A stretch of 39,892 nucleotides of DNA from an uncultured Nitrospiraceae bacterium (GTDB taxonomy: Bacteria > UBA10199 > SBBF01). Location of the stretch: NCBI GenBank assembly GCA_964592255.1, contig CAZQCI010000006.1, forward strand, positions 1 to 39,892, written 5' to 3'. Each line of letters opens with the position of its first letter. The stretch's first letter is position 1. Positions 7,460-16,477 of the stretch are shown one piece after another. The position numbers and the translations under genes are program-made. The notes below the pieces were generated by a model. It did no database searches. It was not told the origin of the DNA and worked only from the letters and a program-made list of their open reading frames with translations.

Positions 7460-8695
7460 TTAATTCGTTTTTATTTTTTCCACCAACTCTTCAAATTCCG
7501 CAAGAGTCGGTTTGATAATAGGCGGTTTACCTAATTTGTCCACCACAGCTTCCTGTGTTTTTAAGCCGTTACCGGTGATACACAGCACAATGGATTCGTC
7601 TTTAGGAATACGTCCCGATTCAATCAGTTTTTTTGCAACCCCCATGGTAACCCCACCGGCTGTTTCGGCAAAAATCCCTTCACTTTCAGCTAAAAGTCTA
7701 ATGCCTTCAATGACTTCGTCATCACTGACATCTTCGCACCAACCGCCGCTTTGAAGGGCGGCTTTAGCAGCATAGAAGCCATCTGCCGGGTTACCGATGG
7801 CTAGTGATTTAGCAATTGTATTTGGTTTGACGGGTTTAAAAATTTCCCAACCATTTTTAACAGCGGTGGAAATGGGGGAACAGCCTGTGGCTTGTGCTCC
7901 ATAGATTTTGGCATCATTTTTTTCAATCAAGTTCAGTTTGTGAAATTCGTGAAATGATTTGTCGATTTTGGTTAAAAGTGATCCGCTGGCCATGGGCACA
8001 ACAACATGTTGTGGGGTGCGCCAGCCTAGTTGTTCCATAATTTCATAACCCATCGATTTGGAGCCTTCGGCATAATAAGGGCGCATATTGATGTTGACGA
8101 AAGCCCATTTATATTTGCCGGCAATTTCACTGCAGAGGCGGTTGACTTCATCATAAGTTCCATGAATGCCGACCAAATGTGTTCCATAAATCATTGTTCC
8201 TAAAACTTTGGTGGCTTCCAGATCATACGGAATAAAAACAAAGCTTTCAAAGTCACCAGCCGCAGCATTGGCCGCAACGGAATTAGCCAAATTTCCAGTA
8301 GAGGCGCAGGATACCACTTTAAAACCAAATTCGCGTGCTTTGGAAAGGGCCACTGAAACAACCCGATCTTTAAAAGAAAGAGTTGGGTAGTTAACAGCAT
8401 CATTTTTAATGTAGAGTTCTTTTACTCCCAAAGCTTTGGCTAGGCGGTTGGCGCGACGTAAGGGGGTGAATCCCGTTTGGCGCCCTACTGTGGGATCATT
8501 ATCAATCGGTAGTAATTCCTTATAGCGCCACATGTTGGGTCCACGAGAGAGAATTTTTTCGCGATTTAAATCTTTTTTGATTAAATCATAATCGTAAACC
8601 ACTTCCAAAGGGCCAAAACAAAATTCACAAACATGTGTTGGTTCTTTGGGGTATTCATGGCCGCATTCACGGCATTTTAAGGCTTTGGCGTACAT
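7460..8695 (-). CDS. threonine-synthase-like PLP enzyme with N-terminal zinc ribbon
   Basis: ThrC-family fold (SFKDR lysine motif) preceded by CRECGHEY..CEFC. From its operon context (SAM riboswitch, NIL partner, sulfur carrier) it may be a homocysteine-forming ThrC paralog rather than a bona fide ThrC. Confidence 0.7.
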   Translation of the reverse strand: MYAKALKCRECGHEYPKEPTHVCEFCFGPLEVVYDYDLIKKDLNREKILSRGPNMWRYKELLPIDNDPTVGRQTGFTPLRRANRLAKALGVKELYIKNDAVNYPTLSFKDRVVSVALSKAREFGFKVVSCASTGNLANSVAANAAAGDFESFVFIPYDLEATKVLGTMIYGTHLVGIHGTYDEVNRLCSEIAGKYKWAFVNINMRPYYAEGSKSMGYEIMEQLGWRTPQHVVVPMASGSLLTKIDKSFHEFHKLNLIEKNDAKIYGAQATGCSPISTAVKNGWEIFKPVKPNTIAKSLAIGNPADGFYAAKAALQSGGWCEDVSDDEVIEGIRLLAESEGIFAETAGGVTMGVAKKLIESGRIPKDESIVLCITGNGLKTQEAVVDKLGKPPIIKPTLAEFEELVEKIKTN

Positions 8696-8767
8696 AGGTT
8701 GATTTGTTTGTACTTCGTTCGATGGCCCTCTCGTTTTTTAGGAGAGAACCATGGCACGATGGTACGA

Positions 8768-9691
8768 TTAATTTTTAAAAAATTCCTCCAAACTAAAATA
8801 TCTTTGCCCGGCGTCACACAAAAACGTGAGAACTTTTTTTCCAGGACCTAATTTTTGAGCCACCTGCAAAGAGGCATGGATGTTGGCTCCGCTGGAAATA
8901 CCAACCAAAAGACCTTCCTCGCGTGACAGTCTACGAGTAGCGGCATAGGCTTCCGCATCGGTAACGGTAACTACTTCGTCAATCAAACTCCGATTCAGGT
9001 TTTTAGGAATAAACCCATGGCCTAATTGCTGAATTCGATGCCTGCCCGGTTTTCCTCCTGATAAGACGGACGATGCCCGTGGCTCTACGGCTACAATTTT
9101 CATCTTTGGGTTTTTTCCCTTTAACACTTCACCCACGCCGGTCAAACTACCTCCGGTTCCAACACCTAGAACTAAGGCATCCACACCCTCTGGAAAATCT
9201 TCCAAAATTTCCACCGCTGTTGTTTTACGGTGGGCTTCAGGATTAGCGGTGTTGTCAAATTGATGTGGAGCAAAACAATTTTTGTTTTTTGCCACATATT
9301 CTTCGGCTCGTTTAATGGCCCCTTCTAGTCCTTCGGTACTGGGTGTTTTGTGGAGAGTGGCCCCAAAACCATAAAACATTTTCCGTCGCTCTAAACTCAT
9401 GTCTTCAGGCATGAAGATGACTAATTTTAACTTTTTAACAGCGCACACCATGGCCAATGCGACGCCTGTATTGCCAGCGGTAGCATCGACGATTTCCGTA
9501 TCTTTTTTAATTTTGCCTTCCGTCAGTCCTTTTTCAATCATCGCCAGTGCAATGCGGTCTTTGATAGAAAGGCTAGGGTTTCCGGCCTCATATTTGCCGA
9601 AAATGTCCGCATTTTTTCCTTCCGCGATTTTTTTTAAGCGGATAATCGGGGTTCTTCCGATCGTATTAAGAATAGAGTCGGCAATTTTCAT
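8768..9691 (-). CDS. cysK: cysteine synthase A (O-acetylserine sulfhydrylase, CysK)
   Basis: SIKDR, GNTG and the GISSGA-like PLP motifs. The F/L-rich N-terminal extension in the ORF track is just the terminator U-tract, so the true start is the ATG at 9691 (MKIADS..). Confidence 0.85.
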   Translation of the reverse strand: MKIADSILNTIGRTPIIRLKKIAEGKNADIFGKYEAGNPSLSIKDRIALAMIEKGLTEGKIKKDTEIVDATAGNTGVALAMVCAVKKLKLVIFMPEDMSLERRKMFYGFGATLHKTPSTEGLEGAIKRAEEYVAKNKNCFAPHQFDNTANPEAHRKTTAVEILEDFPEGVDALVLGVGTGGSLTGVGEVLKGKNPKMKIVAVEPRASSVLSGGKPGRHRIQQLGHGFIPKNLNRSLIDEVVTVTDAEAYAATRRLSREEGLLVGISSGANIHASLQVAQKLGPGKKVLTFLCDAGQRYFSLEEFFKN

Positions 9692-9699
9692 GAGTAAGA

Positions 9700-9746
9700 A
9701 AGCAAACAAAAAAGACAAAAAAAAACCTCTTCTTGTAAGAAGAGGG
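9700..9746 (-). terminator. intrinsic terminator (riboswitch expression platform)
   Basis: Minus-strand hairpin CCTCTTCTT-aca-AAGAAGAGG followed by TTTTTTTTTGTCTTTTTTGTTTG, immediately 5' of cysK. Confidence 0.8.
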
Positions 9747-9868
9747 ATAATTAAACTCTTCTTATCTTTCCCAAACGGGACGGAATTAGCACCTTAATAA
9801 GATCTTTTATAAAGGTTGCTGTGGCTTCAACGGGCCTATCCCTCAGCCACTCTGGATAAGATGTGGCA
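9700..9868 (-). ncRNA. SAM-I (S-box) riboswitch
   Basis: Minus-strand read CUUAUCcAGAGuGGCuGAGGGAuaGGCCCGuuGAAGCcaCAGCAACC ... AAGGUGCUAAUUCC ... GAUAAGAAG matches the S-box consensus block by block (P1 CUUAUC/GAUAAG). It is followed by a terminator whose 5' arm can alternatively pair with the P1 3' strand. Confidence 0.85.
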
Positions 9869-9897
9869 AGCTAACAAACGCTCCTTGACTCTGTCAA
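9868..9897 (-). promoter_or_regulatory. candidate sigma70 promoter for the riboswitch-led operon
   Basis: Minus strand TTGACA, 18-nt spacer, TAGCTT (TAnnnT), about 7 nt before the riboswitch P1. The -35 lies inside the palindrome CTTGACAGAGTCAAG. Confidence 0.35.
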
Positions 9898-9920
9898 GTG
9901 GAATGCCGTAATTAAAGGGC

Positions 9921-11357
9921 ATGTCTCAATACGAAACCGTCATTGGTCTTGAGGTGCATGCTCAGCTTCGGACTCAATCTAAAATCTTTTGTTCTTGTTC
10001 TACAGCTTTTGGATCTCCTCCTAATCAAAACACATGTCCTGTTTGTTTAGGGCTTCCGGGGGTTTTGCCTGTTTTGAATAAAAAAGTAGCTCATTTTGCC
10101 ATTGCGGCGGGGCTTGCTTTAAACTGTGATATTCAGAAAAAATCCATTTGGGCGCGAAAAAATTATTTTTATCCCGATCTTCCTAAGGGCTATCAAATTT
10201 CCCAATATGAAGAGCCTATTTGTCTCAAAGGACATTTGGATATTGTTGTTAGTGGAAACAAAAAACGTGTGGGGATTACTCGTATTCACATGGAAGAAGA
10301 TGCTGGAAAATTATTGCACGATCACGGCGACCCTTCATCGTCACACGTCGACTTAAACCGCGCGGGAACCCCGCTCATCGAAATTGTCAGCGAACCCGAT
10401 ATGCGTTCGGCCGTGGAAGCCGGAGAATATTTGCGACAGCTTCGTTCTATACTGCGCTATTGTGGTGTGTGTGACGGTAATATGGAAGAAGGCAGCTTGC
10501 GCTGTGACGCGAATGTATCGATACGTCCCTTAGGCCAAAAGGAATTCGGCACAAAAGTGGAATTAAAAAACATCAATTCGTTTAAATATGTAGAAAAAGC
10601 GATTGAGTATGAAGTGGAACGTCAAAAAGCGTGTCTTCTTTCTGGTGAAAAAATTGTTCAAGAAACCCGTCTTTTTGATTCCGCTAAAGGAACGACGGAA
10701 TCGATGCGTTCTAAAGAACAGGCGCATGATTATCGTTATTTTCCCGACCCCGATTTGGTACCCCTTGTTCTTGATGATGTTTGGATTGAGACTGTCCGCA
10801 AGGAATTACCCGAATTGCCTTTGGCGCGCTCGGCCCGTTTTATCACAGAGTATCAAATTCCGGAATATGATGCGGATGTGCTAACTGTAGAAAAAGCGCT
10901 GGCTGATTATTTTGAAGCGAGCGTCGCTCTTTGCAAACAGCCGAAGAAAGTATCCAATTGGATTATGACGGAACTTCTCCGCGAACTTAAAAATTCCGGA
11001 AAAGATATCGAAGATTCACCCATTACACCATCTCAATTAGCCAAGCTGGTAGAACTTGTAGAAAACAACACCATTAGTGGCAAAATCGGTAAAACTGTTT
11101 TTGAAGAAATGTTTGCTACTGGTAAAAATCCTGAAGCTATCATCGAGGAAAAAGGTTTTGTTCAAGTTTCCGACACCGGTGCTATCGAATCCATCATCGA
11201 CAAAGTGATGGCAGCCAATCCTCATCAACTGGCTCAATATAAATCCGGCAAAGATAAACTTTTCGGATTTTTTGTAGGCCAAGTGATGAAAGAAATGAAA
11301 GGCCAAGGAAACCCCGCCGTTATTAATGATTTGCTCAAAAAGAAATTGTCCGTTTAA
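9921..11357 (+). CDS. gatB: Asp-tRNA(Asn)/Glu-tRNA(Gln) amidotransferase subunit B (GatB)
   Basis: N-terminus [12 protein letters not shown], then the GatB/YqeY C-terminal domain, at 478 aa. Confidence 0.9.
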   Translation: MSQYETVIGLEVHAQLRTQSKIFCSCSTAFGSPPNQNTCPVCLGLPGVLPVLNKKVAHFAIAAGLALNCDIQKKSIWARKNYFYPDLPKGYQISQYEEPICLKGHLDIVVSGNKKRVGITRIHMEEDAGKLLHDHGDPSSSHVDLNRAGTPLIEIVSEPDMRSAVEAGEYLRQLRSILRYCGVCDGNMEEGSLRCDANVSIRPLGQKEFGTKVELKNINSFKYVEKAIEYEVERQKACLLSGEKIVQETRLFDSAKGTTESMRSKEQAHDYRYFPDPDLVPLVLDDVWIETVRKELPELPLARSARFITEYQIPEYDADVLTVEKALADYFEASVALCKQPKKVSNWIMTELLRELKNSGKDIEDSPITPSQLAKLVELVENNTISGKIGKTVFEEMFATGKNPEAIIEEKGFVQVSDTGAIESIIDKVMAANPHQLAQYKSGKDKLFGFFVGQVMKEMKGQGNPAVINDLLKKKLSV

Positions 11358-11632
11358 ACTTTGAGAAGTTGATAAGGCTCCAGCCCAAAAGCTTTGGCGA
11401 GTTTGAAAAGGTTGGAAAGAGTGATATTTTTGGTGTCTCCGGCTTCAATTCTTTGGAATTGCCGCAAATTCAATTCAAAATCCTGCATCTGTTCCTGAGT
11501 TAGCCCTTGGGTGGCCCTTAGTTCGGCTATTTTAAGGTGGATTTTACGGGAAAATTTTTCAAACTCTTCAAAATAATTACTTTGGCGGTGAATACCTCTT
11601 TTCTGGATGGATTTGAACTTTTTCTTAGGCAT
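11354..11632 (-). CDS. XRE-family helix-turn-helix transcriptional regulator
   Basis: 92 aa with the [16 protein letters not shown]...RIEAG. Its stop overlaps gatB by 4 nt (convergent). Confidence 0.6.
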   Translation of the reverse strand: MPKKKFKSIQKRGIHRQSNYFEEFEKFSRKIHLKIAELRATQGLTQEQMQDFELNLRQFQRIEAGDTKNITLSNLFKLAKAFGLEPYQLLKV

Positions 11633-11851
11633 ACGACATTCATGTCATTTTTTAATTTTTCATGAAACGACATATATATCATAATATCTCCATGACACTA
11701 CAACCACATAAAAAATTGGCTTTAAGCAATGCTGAAAATATGAAAGCCTTCTTGTGCCGTTGATGCAAAAAATGGTTTGTAAAAGAAGAGGTTGTTGAAA
11801 TAAGTGGATTTTTTTATTGTTTAACATGTAAGAGTCTTACAGACAGGGATC

Positions 11852-12922
11852 ATGATTTCTTTTAAAACAATCGAATGGAAAAATAACACCGTTGTCATGC
11901 TCGACCAACGGGCTTTGCCGTCTCAGGAAGTTTATCTTACTTTTCGCACGGCTGAAGAAGTAGGGGAGGCTATTAAATCCATGGTTATTCGTGGGGCTCC
12001 GGCTATTGGGGTTGCGGGAGCCATGGGTTTGGCTCTGGGAGCTTTGGAGATTGAAACCACAGACTCTGCTGACTTTGTTCGTCAGTTGGAAATTAAAGCC
12101 GATATGCTTTTGAAAACACGGCCTACAGCTGTGAATCTTCAATGGGGTTTGGAAAGAATGAAGAAGGTTGTGAGTAACTCCCCCCAACCCCCTCTTACTT
12201 TAAAAGGGGGAGTTAACTTCTTACAAACTCTTCTTGTTGCCGAAGCGCAAAAAATTCTAGAAGAAGATATTACCATCAACCAAAAAATGGGGGCTTACGG
12301 AGCCTCCCTGATTCAATCGGGGGATCATGTTCTTACGCATTGCAATGCCGGGGCTTTAGCCACTGCTGGATTTGGTACAGCTTTGGGCGTTTTGTATGCC
12401 GCTTGGGAGCAAGGAAAAAAATTCGACGTGTATGCCGACGAAACTCGTCCTTTTTTGCAAGGGGCTCGTCTCACAGCCTGGGAGTTGCATAAAAATAATA
12501 TTCCTACCACCCTGATCACCGACAATATGGCGGGCTGGATGATGAAAAAAGGATTGATTACAAAAGTCATCGTCGGTGCCGACCGCATTGCGGCTAATGG
12601 AGATACAGCCAATAAGATTGGAACTTATTCTGTTGCGATTCTAGCGCATCATCACAAAATTCCTTTTTATGTGGCAGCCCCTTTATCCACCATCGATCTT
12701 AAAACCAAAACAGGGGATGGTATTGTTATTGAAGAAAGAGATACCCGGGAAGTCACTCACCTTATGGGGACACCCGCTGCCGGTAATCTCATTGCGCCGG
12801 AAGGCATTCGGGTTCGCAATCCCGCTTTTGATGTAACCCCCGCCGATCTCATCACCGCCATCATTACGGAAAAGGGAATAGTCGAAAAACCGTTTTTTCA
12901 AAATATCCAAGCTCTGTTTTGA
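11852..12922 (+). CDS. mtnA: S-methyl-5-thioribose-1-phosphate isomerase (MtnA, eIF-2B family)
   Basis: [15 protein letters not shown] and the C-terminal [18 protein letters not shown] motifs of MtnA. It contains an in-frame copy of the family-A palindromic element. Confidence 0.8.
   Translation: MISFKTIEWKNNTVVMLDQRALPSQEVYLTFRTAEEVGEAIKSMVIRGAPAIGVAGAMGLALGALEIETTDSADFVRQLEIKADMLLKTRPTAVNLQWGLERMKKVVSNSPQPPLTLKGGVNFLQTLLVAEAQKILEEDITINQKMGAYGASLIQSGDHVLTHCNAGALATAGFGTALGVLYAAWEQGKKFDVYADETRPFLQGARLTAWELHKNNIPTTLITDNMAGWMMKKGLITKVIVGADRIAANGDTANKIGTYSVAILAHHHKIPFYVAAPLSTIDLKTKTGDGIVIEERDTREVTHLMGTPAAGNLIAPEGIRVRNPAFDVTPADLITAIITEKGIVEKPFFQNIQALF
12175..12216. repeat. in-frame copy of palindromic element family A inside mtnA
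   Basis: TAACTCCCCCCAACCCCCTCTTA is the exact reverse complement of 4316-4338. A 10-bp TIR TAACTCCCCC / GGGGGAGTTA encloses a hairpin. At 42 nt (14 codons) it reads through as ..[14 protein letters not shown].. Confidence 0.7.
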
Positions 12923-13022
12923 TTTCAGAGGGTCAGTTTAACAAGGGTGAAGTAACGTAGTTATACCGGATCCATTACTTCTGTGTGTTGACGCCCGGCG
13001 CTTGTAATGATAGGGAAATTTT

Positions 13023-13949
13023 ATGGGAAAAGTAACAAAAGTTGAAAAAATTTGGTTAGACGGAAAATTAGTTCCTTGGGATTCTGCCCAGGTTCATGTG
13101 CTGACGTACGCTCTTCATTATGGCCTGGGAGTATTTGAAGGGATTCGATGTTATGAATGTGCTGATGGAACAAGTGCCATCTTTCGTTTGAAAGAGCATA
13201 TCGATCGGCTGTTTGATTCTGCTAAAATCAACATGATGGAAATTCCGTTTACGCGGGAAGAATTAATGCAAGCTTGTAAAGATGTTGTTAAAAAGAACGG
13301 TCTTAAATCCGCTTATATTCGTCCTTTAGTTTTTGTCGGTGATGGGGAAATGGGATTAGTTGCTTTTAATAACCCCGTTCGCGTGATGATTGCGGCTTGG
13401 TCGTGGGGAAGTTATTTGGGCGATGAAGGAGTTAAAAATGGCATCCGTGCTAAAATTTCCAGTTATTCGCGTTACAATGTAAACGGCAATATGACGCGGG
13501 CTAAAACGTGCGGCAGCTACATTAATTCCATTCTAGCCAAGCGCGAAGCTCTGGACGCTGGTTATGAAGAAGCTCTTTTGCTGGATGCTGAAGGTTATCT
13601 TGCCGAGGCTACCGGGGAAAATATTTTTGTTGTTCGGGATGGTGTAGTTCGTACACCGGGCTCGGGCTCTTCCATTCTTTTGGGTATTACCCGTCATACG
13701 CTTATGACATTATTGCAAGAAGAAGGCATTGTCTGTCGGGAAGACCGTATTACACGTGATGAAGCTTATATTGCCGATGAAATTTTTCTCTGTGGTACGG
13801 CTGCGGAACTTACCCCCATTCGTGAACTTGATGGGCGAAAGATTGGCACAGGCAAGCCAGGACCCATCACTAAAAAACTACAGGAAATTTATTTTGGTCT
13901 CATTCGCGGCAAAAATCCTAAACACAAAGAATGGCTGGCAAGTGTTTAA
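13023..13949 (+). CDS. ilvE: branched-chain amino acid aminotransferase (class IV PLP, IlvE)
   Basis: VFEGIRCY, the HIDRL-type motifs and its length of 308 aa. Confidence 0.8.
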   Translation: MGKVTKVEKIWLDGKLVPWDSAQVHVLTYALHYGLGVFEGIRCYECADGTSAIFRLKEHIDRLFDSAKINMMEIPFTREELMQACKDVVKKNGLKSAYIRPLVFVGDGEMGLVAFNNPVRVMIAAWSWGSYLGDEGVKNGIRAKISSYSRYNVNGNMTRAKTCGSYINSILAKREALDAGYEEALLLDAEGYLAEATGENIFVVRDGVVRTPGSGSSILLGITRHTLMTLLQEEGIVCREDRITRDEAYIADEIFLCGTAAELTPIRELDGRKIGTGKPGPITKKLQEIYFGLIRGKNPKHKEWLASV

Positions 13950-13963
13950 TTATAGGATGGTTC

Positions 13964-14027
13964 TTCGACAGGTTTAGGGCGTTCTGTAGTTAGACGTGGT
14001 GAGTTTGCTAGAGTGTGGCTTGTCGAA
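13964..14027. repeat. MITE/REP-like palindromic element, family C copy 2
   Basis: The same termini, TTCGACAGG ... GGCTTGTCGAA, as the copies at 7401 and 28981. It sits in the convergent ilvE/pgpA spacer. Confidence 0.55.
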
Positions 14028-14040
14028 TAGTTTTAATTTC

Positions 14041-14514
14041 TTAAGTTCTCCAAAAAAAGGAAATGTAGAACATTACACCGGCTTGAATGGCTGCGACCAA
14101 GTCGTCCCCCACAACGCCTGAACCTCCAGGAACTTTCTTTTGTACCCAATTGGCAGGAAATACTTTAAGCATATCGAAAATTCTAAAAAACACAAAACCA
14201 AGCACAAGTCCAAGCCACGAATAAGGTATAAAAAGATAAGTTACAAGTTGCCCGGCGACTTCGTCGATTACAATTTTTTGGCAATCTTTTTCTCCGAAAA
14301 TTTTTTCTGCAAAATGTGCTATGAAAATGGCAAATAGCGTCAGGCTTAAGGTGAAAAAGTAGTACCAGGCATGCGGGAGCCCGATATAATGAAAGCTGTA
14401 ATAAATCCAAACACCCCACAAACTTCCTATTGTGCCTGGCATGAGGGGCGAATAACCAACACCTAAACCTGTGGCGAATAATTTGATAAAAAACCTAATG
14501 ACCGCTTTCAGCAT
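14041..14514 (-). CDS. pgpA: phosphatidylglycerophosphatase A (PgpA)
   Basis: 157-aa polytopic membrane protein with GLGVGYSP..PGT.GS and the VVGDD PgpA signatures. Confidence 0.75.
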   Translation of the reverse strand: MLKAVIRFFIKLFATGLGVGYSPLMPGTIGSLWGVWIYYSFHYIGLPHAWYYFFTLSLTLFAIFIAHFAEKIFGEKDCQKIVIDEVAGQLVTYLFIPYSWLGLVLGFVFFRIFDMLKVFPANWVQKKVPGGSGVVGDDLVAAIQAGVMFYISFFWRT

Positions 14515-14543
14515 GAATGATGTGGATAGCTCTTAAGAGAGGC

Positions 14544-16295
14544 TTAAGCAACAAAAACGTTGGCACTTGTTTGGGAAGGATAATAATCGCTATCGGATAA
14601 GTCGATGTCTTCGGGAATAATTTCTTCATCTTGGGCTAATTCAAAAGCCGCAGCGGCAATTTGTTCCGTTGTGGAATCGCGGCCTTCTTGTCCCATGCCA
14701 CCTTCTCCTTGGCTGCCACGGTCGCTGACACCGTTTAAGGGCTTATCAAGGCTAGCTGCCACTTCACGAGAAGTTTTTGATTCGGAAACAAGATTTCCGT
14801 TATTGCCAGCCATGACTCCTGATGCAAAAGCTTGAGCCGGAAGAATGACAGGGTTAGCTGCCGAAGGAACTATATTTCCATTGTTTTGAGCTGTTGTGAC
14901 AATTGAAGCGGAAACAGATTGTTCCGCAACTGAGTTTGGACCCGTGTTGTTAATATTTAAAACCGTTGAGTCAGAACCGGTATCAGTTTCATGAGACGAG
15001 TTATCTGTTAAAGCTGAAGCGTTTTCAGTGGAGGTGCCTTGAGCTTGTTGATGTTGGCCATCAGTACCATTTGTGGCTACTGAGGTCAGTTTGGCTTCTC
15101 CCTGAGCGCTAAGCGATGATGTTTGTCCTGTATTTGTTGAAGACTCAACGGAGCCTTCTAAATTTTGGTGAGCCCCACCTTGCACTAGCTCTGTTCCTGC
15201 ATTGGCTACAAGGATTGAAGAATTTGAAGTTGTTTCTGAAGCCTTATCAGTTGTTAAAAAATTTCCTGACACATCGGATGAAGTAACTGTGGTGCCGGTG
15301 CTTGTTGTATTTGCTGTACTTCCCGATGTTGTGGCCAAAAGTGTGTTTGTTGTTGTTGCTGTGGCTGGCTCAGATGAAGATTGTTGAGTTACGGAAGTTG
15401 TTCTTGTGGTTGACGATGTTGAGCTTGTTGCGCCAACGGTTGTGCTGGCCATTAAATTGGCGACAGAGCCTGTATCCGTTATTTCCGTTTCTGTGGAGCC
15501 GGGTTCATATGAGTTGCTGTACCAAATGCTGGTTGGGAGGTTAAAGATAGAACTGGTACCGGTTAATTCTGTTGTTGGGGTGGATCCAGTAGATCCTTGT
15601 TGAGGAGCAACTTCAGTTGCAGCTACTTCGGGAGAAGGTGCGGGTGCTGCTGTTCGCGCATTTGTCGTTGTTGCAGTAGCTATAGCGGTTTTGGTTTCTT
15701 GAGCATTTGGAATAATTTCTGGAATTGCAGCTAAAGTCGTTTGTTGTGGATCTGCTGTAGTGGGTGCTAGGTATTGAGATAACGAGGCTACAAGTTGGTC
15801 CCCGGCTTCCTCTCCCATCACAGCTTTGGCCACCGTGGCAATATCTTCGGCATGCTCTGCTAAAACTTTTTTGGCGGCATCTTCTAATTCAGCCACGCCT
15901 TGTTGTGTGTCTTCTGGTAAAAGTTTTTTAGCCCCTTCGTAAAGGGCTGCTGCTGCTTGAGCCGTATCTTTATGGGCTTCGATGTTAGAATCAACAATGG
16001 CGGCAGCTAAATCTTGTGCGGCTTTTGTTGGGTCTTTCTTTATATCATCAAGAGAGTGTTTATCGTAGAATTTTACAATAGCGGCGGTTGTTGGAAATTC
16101 TTTTTCAAGAGCTTTCGTTGCTTCATCAACATACTGATTGGCTATGTTAGTGTACTCATCAGCCGTTTGAGATACTTCCTCCGAATTAGGCAAACCAATC
16201 TTGGGAGCATACTCATCGTAAGTGCTAACAAGACTGTCTTTAGCATCGTCGTAGAGGGAGCTGAGCCAACTTTTATTTTCCGTCGGTGAAGTCAT
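14544..16295 (-). CDS. Ser/Thr/Ala-rich low-complexity protein (583 aa), unknown function
   Basis: A helical N-terminal region of about 200 aa, a roughly 300-aa T/S/A/G/N-rich disordered tract, and an acidic C-terminus (DEEIIPEDIDLSDSDYY). No signal peptide. Confidence 0.5.
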   Translation of the reverse strand: MTSPTENKSWLSSLYDDAKDSLVSTYDEYAPKIGLPNSEEVSQTADEYTNIANQYVDEATKALEKEFPTTAAIVKFYDKHSLDDIKKDPTKAAQDLAAAIVDSNIEAHKDTAQAAAALYEGAKKLLPEDTQQGVAELEDAAKKVLAEHAEDIATVAKAVMGEEAGDQLVASLSQYLAPTTADPQQTTLAAIPEIIPNAQETKTAIATATTTNARTAAPAPSPEVAATEVAPQQGSTGSTPTTELTGTSSIFNLPTSIWYSNSYEPGSTETEITDTGSVANLMASTTVGATSSTSSTTRTTSVTQQSSSEPATATTTNTLLATTSGSTANTTSTGTTVTSSDVSGNFLTTDKASETTSNSSILVANAGTELVQGGAHQNLEGSVESSTNTGQTSSLSAQGEAKLTSVATNGTDGQHQQAQGTSTENASALTDNSSHETDTGSDSTVLNINNTGPNSVAEQSVSASIVTTAQNNGNIVPSAANPVILPAQAFASGVMAGNNGNLVSESKTSREVAASLDKPLNGVSDRGSQGEGGMGQEGRDSTTEQIAAAAFELAQDEEIIPEDIDLSDSDYYPSQTSANVFVA

Positions 16296-16431
16296 AAAAA
16301 ATAAACAAAACGCACACGTCCAATTGAATTATCGTCAGATTTGACAAAAAGTTGCCAGTAAATTCTTAAAAAAATGTATTTTTTACAGGATAAAAAGGAA
16401 ATTTACTAACTATGCGATTACACTTAACTTT

Positions 16432-16470
16432 TAAAAAATTAATAGAAAAGAGTTAATAATAACCCTTTTC
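16432..16470 (-). terminator. weak intrinsic terminator after the TSP3 lipoprotein gene
   Basis: Minus-strand GAAAAG-loop-CTTTTC followed by a T-run. The stem is AT-rich, so it is weak. Confidence 0.3.
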
Positions 16471-16477
16471 ATATTAT

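Noticed and set aside
8696-8767. Possible terminator or repeat between cysK and the ThrC-like gene
   Set aside because: A CTCTC/GAGAG stem with a long loop and no U-tract on the minus strand. Too weak to call.
9692-9718. Phe/Leu-rich N-terminus (MSFLFAFLL) on the cysK ORF
   Set aside because: It is a translation of the riboswitch terminator U-tract. The true start is the ATG at 9691.
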